From contig JBGCDH010000024.1 in NCBI GenBank assembly GCA_045105235.1, positions 48,270-112,269 of the forward strand: DNA of 64,000 bases. Direction: 5' to 3'. This document shows positions 1 through 7,992 of the stretch, one piece after another. Positions within the stretch are counted from its first letter, which is position 1. Each line of letters starts with the position of its first letter. Below the pieces are notes generated by a model that did no database searches, was not told the DNA's origin, and saw only the letters and a list, made by a program, of their open reading frames with translations. The translations under genes were made by a program, and so were the position numbers. The stretch comes from Planctomycetota bacterium. GTDB taxonomy: Bacteria; Planctomycetota; UBA1135; UBA2386.

Positions 1-19
1 CCACATTTTAGAGAACCGC

Positions 20-547
20 ATGCGCCTCTTCCGCGACAACCAGCAGGCCAACGCTCCCAAACGGGCGCTGCTGCTGCTGTGTGCCGCGCTGGTGATGCTC
101 CTCGGGTTGACGCGTCACTTCGTGATGTGCACGCACCAGGATGGCGACATGCACATCGAGTTCGTGCATGCCGAGGGCCAAGCCGTCGGGCACGTTCATC
201 CTCATAGGCATCCTCACGGGCATCCTCATGGGCACGCGTGCTGCGGCGGTGGCTGTGGTCTGTCGAGCGATGCGCCGGCGCCGGCAGACGGTGACGAGGA
301 TCCCCACGACTCCTGCAAACACGTCGTGCTCGACGTCGACGTTGGCGAGATGCCGTGCGGCGACGCCCTGCCTGCCTGGGCCCCAAGACACGAGTTGGCG
401 ATCTGGCTACCGCTGGAACCGATTGCTGGCTGGATCGGGGCCGCACGAAACCACCGCGCTCCGCCGGCGACAGGACCACCGATCCGGATGCGCATTGCGC
501 CGAGCACGACACTGGAGTGGCGCCGCTGCACGGTGCTGTTGATCTAG
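20..547 (+). CDS. His/Cys-rich small membrane protein upstream of czcCBA-like operon (no family recognised)
   Basis: ATG ORF with strong G/C third-position bias. N-terminal hydrophobic helix ALLLLCAALVMLLGL. HVHPHRHPHGHPHGH run followed by ACCGGGCG. Lies about 150 nt upstream of the efflux operon. Confidence 0.5.
   Translation: MRLFRDNQQANAPKRALLLLCAALVMLLGLTRHFVMCTHQDGDMHIEFVHAEGQAVGHVHPHRHPHGHPHGHACCGGGCGLSSDAPAPADGDEDPHDSCKHVVLDVDVGEMPCGDALPAWAPRHELAIWLPLEPIAGWIGAARNHRAPPATGPPIRMRIAPSTTLEWRRCTVLLI
197..235 (+). repeat. 3 x 12-bp in-frame tandem repeat encoding HPH(R/G) units
   Basis: catcctcatagg / catcctcacggg / catcctcatggg read directly from the sequence. Confidence 0.9.
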
Positions 548-699
548 TCGAACCGTTCGCTTTTCTAGCGTGGCGTTGCGCCGATGCGGCTCTTCAGAGC
601 CCGCCGACGCGCAGCCTCGCCGAAGAGTGCGCCGCCAACCAATGCGCCAGTGCTTGGCGCCTGTTGGCTTCACACCACTCGCGAACGAATCGTCGACTC

Positions 700-2130
700 A
701 TGAAACCACCTGCTTGCTGGGCGCCTGCGCGCGCCCGCATCCTCGGCACAAGCCTCGTTTTCGCGACGGCGGCGTGCCACAGCTACGTGCCGCAGCCCGT
801 CGACCTCGACGCGCATCTCCGCGAGTTCCTGCACCGCACCGCGGCGGCTCCCGCACGGCCATCCAAGCAACTGGGGACTTCCGATGACCCCAAACACCTG
901 GCACGAGAAACCGGGCGCGAGCTCGCCAAACTCCTGCACCCCGATGCAAGGGTCGCGCGCCTGCGCGCCAACGTCGCGACCGTCGCGCGCGACAACGCGG
1001 GGCTCTGGGAAGACCCGCAGCTGCAGGTCCAGGTGCAGAACATTCTCGAATCCTCCGTGCCGCACCGTTGGGTGCCCATGGCACAGGTCGGCCTGACGCT
1101 GCCCATCAATGGCCGCCTCGCCAAAGAGCGTGCGCTCGCCGACCGCCGCCGCGAAGAAGCGCTTATCGAAGCCTGGCGCATCGAGCAGCAGGTTGCCAAC
1201 GAACTCGACCGGAGCTGGGTGCTGTGGACCGCGGCGGCCCAAGTCGAGAGCGTCTTCGCCGAGACCTGCGACAATCTCGAGGACCTCGAACAGCTCGCCC
1301 TGGCGCTGGCCAAAAGCGGCAGCCTGACGCGGCCCGAAGCCCGCGTCTTCACGCTGGAGCGCCGGCAGCGCCAGGCCGGCAGCACCTTCGCCGCGGCCAG
1401 CGCCCACGCGGCGCGCCTCGATGTGCACCGCGCGCTGGGCTTGCACCCGCAAGCGCCCCTCGTGCTGCTGCCCGCCGCGGACAGCGTGGACGGCGGCACC
1501 GTGCAGCCGTTCGTCCCAATCGAACAGCGCGAAGCCGCGCTGCGACAAAGCCCGCGGCTGCTGCAGCGCCTGCGCGCCCATGCCGCCGCCGAAGCCGACG
1601 TCGAACTGCAGGTCCGTCGCCAGTGGCCCGACATCCAGATTTGGCCGGGCTGGCAGGAAGAGGATGCCCAGCCGCGCGCATCGTTTGGCTTCAACGTGCC
1701 CCTGCCGATCTTCACCGGCAACGATCCGGAGATCGCCCGCGCGCGCGCCGAACGCGAACTGCAGGGCGAGCTGGTCCGCATGGAGCTTGAAACCCTGCTG
1801 CAGGAACTGGCCATTGCCGAAGTGCGCCTCGACGCTGCCAGAATCCAGCGGCAGGAGCTCCAGGATCTTGTCCAGCTGGCGCGCGAACAGCTGGAAGACG
1901 GCCGCCGCCTCGCCCAGGCGGGCCAGTTTGACCCACTGCTGATGCTCGACGCCCTTTTGCGCCTGCACGACGTCCAGCTGCAAACCATTCAGGCGCGGCG
2001 TGACGAAGCGATCGCCGCGACCGCCATCAATGACCTGCTGTGCGATCCGGCGTCGAGAACCGACTCGGCTACCGAGTCGGCCACCGACTCGGCCACCGCC
2101 CCCGCACCGAACGGAGACTCCGACCGATGA
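700..2130 (+). CDS. czcC: RND efflux outer-membrane factor lipoprotein (TolC/CzcC family)
   Basis: In-frame ATG at 700 inside ORF 355..2130 gives a lipoprotein-like N-terminus (MKPPACW...LVFATAAC). Long helical Leu/Ala/Arg/Glu-rich OMF-like sequence. First gene of a C-B-A ordered operon. Its stop overlaps the next start (ATGA at 2127-2130). Confidence 0.8.
   Translation: MKPPACWAPARARILGTSLVFATAACHSYVPQPVDLDAHLREFLHRTAAAPARPSKQLGTSDDPKHLARETGRELAKLLHPDARVARLRANVATVARDNAGLWEDPQLQVQVQNILESSVPHRWVPMAQVGLTLPINGRLAKERALADRRREEALIEAWRIEQQVANELDRSWVLWTAAAQVESVFAETCDNLEDLEQLALALAKSGSLTRPEARVFTLERRQRQAGSTFAAASAHAARLDVHRALGLHPQAPLVLLPAADSVDGGTVQPFVPIEQREAALRQSPRLLQRLRAHAAAEADVELQVRRQWPDIQIWPGWQEEDAQPRASFGFNVPLPIFTGNDPEIARARAERELQGELVRMELETLLQELAIAEVRLDAARIQRQELQDLVQLAREQLEDGRRLAQAGQFDPLLMLDALLRLHDVQLQTIQARRDEAIAATAINDLLCDPASRTDSATESATDSATAPAPNGDSDR
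2059..2100 (+). repeat. 3.5 x 12-bp in-frame tandem repeat (TDSA/TESA units) at the C-terminus of czcC
   Basis: accgactcggct / accgagtcggcc / accgactcggcc / accgcc. Confidence 0.9.
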
Positions 2131-3605
2131 GCATCCCCCTACGTCCATATGGGCGATTCCTGCCGGTCCTTTTGCTCGCTCTGGCATGCTGCGGCGGCGG
2201 CGGCGGCAACCGATCGGATCAAGGCCCCCAAACGCCTGGTGACGCCGCCAGCAAGGCCGAACCAAAGAGCAATCGCATCGACGTGCCCGAAGGCGTGCGC
2301 CGCAGCCTGGGCATCGCCTTTGCAAACGTAGAGCGCCGCCACGTGCGCGAGACGCTGCGCGTGCCGGCCCAAATCGAACTGCTGCCCACCGCGCGCCGGC
2401 ACTACCGGGCGCCGCTCGCCGGGCGCATCGAGCTGCACGTTGCCCCCCTGCAGCGAGTCGCGGCCGGCGAACGGCTCTATTCGATCGATTCACAGGACTG
2501 GCGCGCGCAACAAAACGAACTGCACAAGACGCACAGCGCCATGCGCATGGCCAAGACTCGGACTCTGGCGACCGAACAGCTTGCGATGGCCTGCGAGCGC
2601 CACGAGCGCAGCATCCAACAAGCGCACCAAATCACCGGCGACTACGTCCGCGATCTGGAGCGGACCGAGCAGAATGTCGGCGGACAGGCCCAGAAGCTGG
2701 CCGCTGCCAGGGTCGACTACGCCCGCCTGGGTGCCGAACTGGCCGAAGCGGCCGAAAAGCACACCGAAACGCAAACGCTGCTGATCGAATACCGAAACGC
2801 CGCCGAGACGCTGGCCGAGCAGTTCGATCTGCAGCTCGGCACCGCCTCCTTGATCCTCGGCGTCGACACCGCAACCTTGCGCGGCGCAGACAACGGGTGG
2901 CGCACCCATCGCCTCGTCGAGATCCGCGCCCGGGCCGCGGGCATCGTCGACGGCCTCGCAGTCACCAGCGGCGCTCTCGTGCAAACGCACGACGGCGTGC
3001 TTGACGTGCTGGCCACAAACAGCGTGCGGGCACGCGCACGCGTCCTGCAAGGAGACGCCCTGCGCCTCCGTCCGGGTATGGCCGCGACCATCGTGCCCGC
3101 GACCGCAGCCTCCGACGCGGGACCGCGCGCAACGGGATCGCTGCAGCTCGCACCGCTCGGCGACGCAAGCACCCGAACCCTCGAGATCTTCGTCTCGCCC
3201 CGCACGCCTGCGGCCGAAGCGAGCGGTGGTGGCGCGGCGCCGCCCGCGCTGCTGCGTGCCGGCAGCGCCGTCTTCGTCGAGATCGACCTGTCTGCCGCAA
3301 ATGCGGCAGGCCAGGCAGGCGACAAGACGCGCCCGCCTCCGCTCGCAGTGCCGAGCCGCTGCGTGCTGCGCGACGGACTCGAACGGGTGTTCTTCCGGCG
3401 CGATCCGCGCAACCAAGACAAGGTCATCCGGGTCACTGCCGACGTTGGCTTCGACGACGGCCACTGGATTGAGATCCTGAGCGGCATCATGGACGGCGAC
3501 GAAATCGTCTCGGACGGCGCGTTCGAGCTCGTGCTTGCGAGTTCTGGCAGCACGCCGAAGGGCGGCCACTTCCACGCCGACGGCACCTGGCACGAGGACC
3601 ACTGA
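2127..3605 (+). CDS. czcB: RND efflux periplasmic adaptor (membrane fusion protein, HlyD/CzcB family)
   Basis: Internal ATG at 2127 gives a lipoprotein-type signal (LLLALACCGGGGG). Coiled-coil hairpin region and beta-barrel-like C-terminus typical of MFPs. Located between the OMF and RND pump genes. Confidence 0.85.
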   Translation: MSIPLRPYGRFLPVLLLALACCGGGGGNRSDQGPQTPGDAASKAEPKSNRIDVPEGVRRSLGIAFANVERRHVRETLRVPAQIELLPTARRHYRAPLAGRIELHVAPLQRVAAGERLYSIDSQDWRAQQNELHKTHSAMRMAKTRTLATEQLAMACERHERSIQQAHQITGDYVRDLERTEQNVGGQAQKLAAARVDYARLGAELAEAAEKHTETQTLLIEYRNAAETLAEQFDLQLGTASLILGVDTATLRGADNGWRTHRLVEIRARAAGIVDGLAVTSGALVQTHDGVLDVLATNSVRARARVLQGDALRLRPGMAATIVPATAASDAGPRATGSLQLAPLGDASTRTLEIFVSPRTPAAEASGGGAAPPALLRAGSAVFVEIDLSAANAAGQAGDKTRPPPLAVPSRCVLRDGLERVFFRRDPRNQDKVIRVTADVGFDDGHWIEILSGIMDGDEIVSDGAFELVLASSGSTPKGGHFHADGTWHEDH

Positions 3606-3606
3606 G

Positions 3607-6600
3607 ATGTTTCGGTTCCTGATTGCAGCATCGCTGCAGCGACCGTTCGTCGTCGCCGTGCTGGCCTTGCTGGTGGTCGGGGTCGCCGCATGGGTGATGC
3701 CGCGCATCCCGGTGGACGTCTTTCCGGAGCTCAACTCCCCCACGGTGGTTGTGCTCACCGAGAGCCCCGGCCTCGCTGCGGACGAGGTCGAGCAGTTCGT
3801 CACCGTGCCGCTCGAAACATCGGTTCGCGGTCTGCCCGCCGTGCGCCGTGTGCGCAGCGCCAGCGCCATCGGCCTGTCGTTGGTCTGGGTCGAGTTTGAC
3901 TGGGGACAGGACATCTATCGAGCCCGCCAGCTCGTCAACGAAAAGCTGCTCGCGGCGCGCGAGCTGCTGCCGCCAGACGCCCACGCCGAGATCACCCCGA
4001 TCACGTCGATCACCGGCGAGATCCTGCTGATGTCGGTGACGTCTCCAGACGGCAGCAAGAGCCCCATGGAGCTGCGCAGCTACGCGGAGTTTGAACTCAA
4101 GAACCAGCTGATGGGCGTCGCCGGAGTCGCCAAGGTCGTGCCCATCGGCGGCGAGTTGGCCGAGTACCAGGTGAACGTGCGCCAAGAGGACCTGCGCCAA
4201 CGTAAGCTCGCGTTCCAAGACATTGCCGATGCCGCAGCGCGCGCCCACACCACGGCCGGCGCAGGCTACCTGCGCAACGTCGGCGGGCTCGAGCTGCCGG
4301 TGCGACAAAGCGGCCGCGTGCGCTCGGTCGCCGACATCGAAGCAACCCTCGTTGGCCGCATCGACGGGCACCCCGTCACCATCGGCGAAGTCGCCGACGT
4401 GCAGCTCGGCGCGACCCCGCCACGCGGCACCGCCGCTCACGACGGCCGCCGCGCCGTGGTGCTCGCCGTGCAGAAATCGCCGGGCACCAATACGCTGGCG
4501 CTGACGGCCGCGATCGACGCTCAGCTTGAGAAGACGCGCCGCGCCATTCCGGCCGGCATCGTCATCGACGAGCACGTGATGCGGCAGGCAGACTTCATCC
4601 AGCTGTCGGTCAACAACCTGCTGCTGGTGCTGCGCGACGCCGCCATCTTCGTCGCGCTGATCCTGATTCTGTTCTTGCTCGACGTGCGCACGACCTTGAT
4701 CACGCTGACAGCGCTGCCGCTGAGCCTCGGCGTTGCCTTTGTGGTGCTGTGGGCGGCGGGCTTGTCGATCAACGTCATGACGCTCGGAGGCCTCGCAGTC
4801 GCGATCGGCGAGCTGGTCGACGACGCGATCATCGACGTCGAAAACGTCTTCCGCAGGCTGCGCGAAAACGCCGCCCTGCCGGAGTCAGACCGGCTGCCCG
4901 TCGTGCAGGTGGTCTACACCGCCAGCAACGAGATCCGCAGCTCGGTCGTCTTCGCGACCGTCATCATCGTCATCGTCTTTGTGCCGCTGCTGTTTTTGCA
5001 GGGCCTCGAAGGTCGCTTTTTTCGACCGCTCGGCATCGCCTACATCGTCGCCACGCTGGCTTCGCTGGTAACCGCGCTGACGGTTACGCCCGTGCTGTGC
5101 CGCTACCTGCTTGCCAAGGTGCGCCCGCGCGCCGGCGCCGGCAGCAGCAATCACGGCACCGAACACGACGGCTGGCTGGCCCGATGGCTGAAGGCTCGCT
5201 ACCGGCCGGTGCTGGGCTGGGCCATGGCGCGCGGCCGCACGGTGCTGGCCACGTCGGCCCTGCTGACGATTGGCTCGCTCGGCCTGCTATCGACGTTTGG
5301 CTCAAGCTTCTTGCCGACGTTCCACGAAGGCACGTTCACGGTGTTCTTGATGGCGCCGCCCGGTACGTCGCTCGAGGAGAGCGACCGCATGGCCAACTCC
5401 GTCGAGCGCCAGCTCGTCGAGCTCGAAGGCGTACGGGCCGTGTCGCGCCGTACCGGACGAGCCGAACGCGACGAGCACGCCGAGCCGGTCAGCAATTCCG
5501 AGATCGAAGTCTCCGTGCTGCCGGGCCACTCGCGGCGCGCCGTGCGCAGCCGCATCGACGGCGTGCTCGAGCAGGTCCCGGGCATCACGACGAGCATCGG
5601 GCAACCCATCGAGCACCGCCTGTCACACGTGCTTTCGGGCACGCCGGCGGCCATTGCGGTCGTCGCCAAGGGCGACGACCTGGCAACGCTGCGCGAAGTC
5701 GCCGCCAAACTCAAGACGGCGCTTCAGGCGTTGCCCGGCACCCGCGACGTCAACGCCAACCGCGAGGTCATGATCACGTCGCTGCCGGTCCGCTACGATC
5801 CGCAGGCACTGGCTGCGGCCGGCCTTACGCCCGCCGGCGCCGCCGAGCAGGTGCGTGCCGCCATCGACGGCACGACCGTAGCAGAGGTGCGTGAAGGCCT
5901 AAAGCGCATCGCGCTGACGGTGCGCCTGCACCCCGACGAACGCCGCGATCCGGCCTCGATGGAACGGCTGATGCTGCGCGGCATGGACGGTGCCCTGAGC
6001 CGGCTCGGCGATGTCGCCGACCTATCGCTCGAACGCTCCTCCAACCTGATTGCGCGCGAGGACGGCAGCCGCAAAGCCGTCGTCTCGTGCAACGTTGCCG
6101 ACGGCTACAACCTCGGCCAGGTCGCCGAGTCGGTGCGCGAGGCGGCCGAGCCGATCGTCGCCGCTGCCGGCTGCACGCTGGTTCTCGGCGGGCAGTTCGA
6201 AGCGCAGCAGTCCGCCAGCCGCACCATCCTGATCCTCGGCGCGCTGGTCGTGCTCATCATGCTGATGCTCGTCCACATGGCGATCGGTTCGCTGCCCGCT
6301 TCACTGTTGGTCATGGCCAATCTGCCGCTGTCGCTGATCGGCGGCATCCTGGCGATCTACATCACCGAGGGCAACGGCGCGATTGGCAACACCATGGCGC
6401 TGCTCGGCGTCGGCGGCGAACGCTACGAAGCGCCAGTGATCTCGATCGCCAGCATGGTCGGATTCATCACGCTGTTCGGCATCGCGGTTCGCAACGGCAT
6501 CCTGCTGGTTCGACACTACATGGACAAGATTGCCGAGGGTTGCGATCTGCGCAGCACCGTCTTGGACGGTTCCATGGCGCGCCTGGTTCCGATCCTGATG

Positions 6601-6840
6601 ACGGCATTGACCGCCGCGCTGGGCTTGCTGCCAATCGTTTTTGCGCGCGGTGAGCCGGGCAGCGAAATCCTCGCACCGCTATCCGTCGTCGTGCTCGGCG
6701 GCCTGCTATCCTCAACGTTCCTCAACCTGGTAGTTGTCCCGGCCGGCTTCTACCTGCTGTTTCGCAATCGGCCGCTGCCAAAGCCCGAAGCGGCGTTCGA
6801 TTCGCTCGTGACGCCACAGCCCCCATCGCTAACGCCATGA
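3607..6840 (+). CDS. czcA: Heavy-metal efflux RND permease (CzcA/CusA family)
   Basis: About 1077 aa from the ATG at 3607 (MFRFLIAASLQRPFVV...). 12-TM RND architecture with two large periplasmic loops. N-terminal block PVDVFPELNSPTVVVLTESPGLAADEVEQFVTVPLE resembles HME-RND pumps. Start lies 1 nt after the czcB stop. Confidence 0.95.
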   Translation: MFRFLIAASLQRPFVVAVLALLVVGVAAWVMPRIPVDVFPELNSPTVVVLTESPGLAADEVEQFVTVPLETSVRGLPAVRRVRSASAIGLSLVWVEFDWGQDIYRARQLVNEKLLAARELLPPDAHAEITPITSITGEILLMSVTSPDGSKSPMELRSYAEFELKNQLMGVAGVAKVVPIGGELAEYQVNVRQEDLRQRKLAFQDIADAAARAHTTAGAGYLRNVGGLELPVRQSGRVRSVADIEATLVGRIDGHPVTIGEVADVQLGATPPRGTAAHDGRRAVVLAVQKSPGTNTLALTAAIDAQLEKTRRAIPAGIVIDEHVMRQADFIQLSVNNLLLVLRDAAIFVALILILFLLDVRTTLITLTALPLSLGVAFVVLWAAGLSINVMTLGGLAVAIGELVDDAIIDVENVFRRLRENAALPESDRLPVVQVVYTASNEIRSSVVFATVIIVIVFVPLLFLQGLEGRFFRPLGIAYIVATLASLVTALTVTPVLCRYLLAKVRPRAGAGSSNHGTEHDGWLARWLKARYRPVLGWAMARGRTVLATSALLTIGSLGLLSTFGSSFLPTFHEGTFTVFLMAPPGTSLEESDRMANSVERQLVELEGVRAVSRRTGRAERDEHAEPVSNSEIEVSVLPGHSRRAVRSRIDGVLEQVPGITTSIGQPIEHRLSHVLSGTPAAIAVVAKGDDLATLREVAAKLKTALQALPGTRDVNANREVMITSLPVRYDPQALAAAGLTPAGAAEQVRAAIDGTTVAEVREGLKRIALTVRLHPDERRDPASMERLMLRGMDGALSRLGDVADLSLERSSNLIAREDGSRKAVVSCNVADGYNLGQVAESVREAAEPIVAAAGCTLVLGGQFEAQQSASRTILILGALVVLIMLMLVHMAIGSLPASLLVMANLPLSLIGGILAIYITEGNGAIGNTMALLGVGGERYEAPVISIASMVGFITLFGIAVRNGILLVRHYMDKIAEGCDLRSTVLDGSMARLVPILMTALTAALGLLPIVFARGEPGSEILAPLSVVVLGGLLSSTFLNLVVVPAGFYLLFRNRPLPKPEAAFDSLVTPQPPSLTP

Positions 6841-7304
6841 TGTCCCCTCTGAAGAAGATCTCTGTCCTTACGATCACCGCCCTGCTGCTCGCGGGCTGCG
6901 GTGAGCACGACCTCCACGAACACGGCGGCGATGGCGATGCCGGCCACGCAAACCAAAAGGGCGAAGGAATGGCGGACGAGCACGGTGAACGCCACGAGCT
7001 CGGCAAAGGCACGGCCTTTGGCGTGACGTTCGACATCGTGCAGTTCGGCGAGTTTGAGGCCGATCACGAGCCGGCGGTTGAGCTGATCTTCGCCAGCGGC
7101 AAAGAGCGCATCACGACAGCGCGTGGCTGGGTCGGGCTCGAGTCGGGCGTCGGTTCGATGAAAAACTCCTGGCACACAGAAGGCGAGACCAACATACACG
7201 GACACATCGAAGTCCCGGACCCGATGCCGGCCGGCAGCAAGCTCTGGGTCGAGCTGCAGAAGGGCGACAAGACCGAGACGGTCTCGGTCGACTTTCACAA
7301 ATAG
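6837..7304 (+). CDS. His/Asp/Glu-rich periplasmic lipoprotein, putative metal-binding accessory protein
   Basis: ATGA overlap with the czcA stop. Lipobox LLLAGC. N-terminal segment EHDLHEHGGDGDAGHANQKGEGMADEHGERHE, then a ~90 aa probable beta-sandwich. No family recognised. Confidence 0.7.
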   Translation: MMSPLKKISVLTITALLLAGCGEHDLHEHGGDGDAGHANQKGEGMADEHGERHELGKGTAFGVTFDIVQFGEFEADHEPAVELIFASGKERITTARGWVGLESGVGSMKNSWHTEGETNIHGHIEVPDPMPAGSKLWVELQKGDKTETVSVDFHK

Positions 7305-7332
7305 CGGCTGGCGAAGCCTCCGGCCGATCGCG

Positions 7333-7992
7333 CTACGGCGTCAGCAGCGTGCGCACCGCACGCTGCACGACATCGACAGCGGCGCCAAGGCTCCACTCGC
7401 CACGATCGCGGTCGCCGGTCCAGTTGCTGATCGCGCGCAGCTGCAGCAGCGGCAGCTCTTGCTGGCGGCAGAGGTAGGCAACCGCCGCCCCTTCCATCGA
7501 CTCGACGTCCGCGCCCGTGCGCGCTTGCAGTGCGCACGACGCCGCATCGATGCCGCTGCAGGTGCTGACCGTGACGCCATGCACGCGCGCAGCGCCGAGC
7601 CGTTCGACGGCAGCATCCTGCAGGCGCGGATCGCACGCGAACGGCCCGACATCGCCGAGCTTCATCGAGCCCAGGTCGAGAAAGCCGTCGGGGGTCGCGA
7701 CGCCTTCGTCGCCAAGCCGATCGTTGGCGACCACCACCAGGTCCCCGATACCTGCCGGTGCGGCGTCGCCGTCCGGTCGATGGCGCGTCGGAAACGCGCC
7801 CGCAATCCCAAACAGCAGCACAGCGCGCACGCTCGGACGCTCGACCAGCAGACGCTGCAGGTGCACGGCAGCGGCGACTTTGCCAACGCCTAGAACCTCG
7901 ACGCCGAGGTCCTCGAGCCCGTGCCCTTCAATCGGAGCGGCGTGCACCAGCAAAAACTCGTGGCGAGGGATTCCGCCAATGTCGGTGCTCAT
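7333..7992 (-). CDS. mqnB: Futalosine hydrolase (nucleoside phosphorylase superfamily)
   Basis: 219 aa. GVGKVAAA, FGIAGAF, ESMEGAAVA and RAISNWTGDRDRGEW blocks match the PNP_UDP_1 fold and my recollection of the MqnB C-terminal motif. Confidence 0.7.
   Translation of the reverse strand: MSTDIGGIPRHEFLLVHAAPIEGHGLEDLGVEVLGVGKVAAAVHLQRLLVERPSVRAVLLFGIAGAFPTRHRPDGDAAPAGIGDLVVVANDRLGDEGVATPDGFLDLGSMKLGDVGPFACDPRLQDAAVERLGAARVHGVTVSTCSGIDAASCALQARTGADVESMEGAAVAYLCRQQELPLLQLRAISNWTGDRDRGEWSLGAAVDVVQRAVRTLLTP

Noticed and set aside
670-2493. 607-aa ORF on the minus strand opposite czcC/czcB. Similar long antisense ORFs: 783..1988, 2490..3914, 2717..3691, 3487..4575.
   Set aside because: Arg/Ala/Gly/Pro-rich low-complexity translations typical of stop-poor antisense frames in very GC-rich DNA. 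The sense strand encodes recognisable RND efflux components with proper third-position GC bias.
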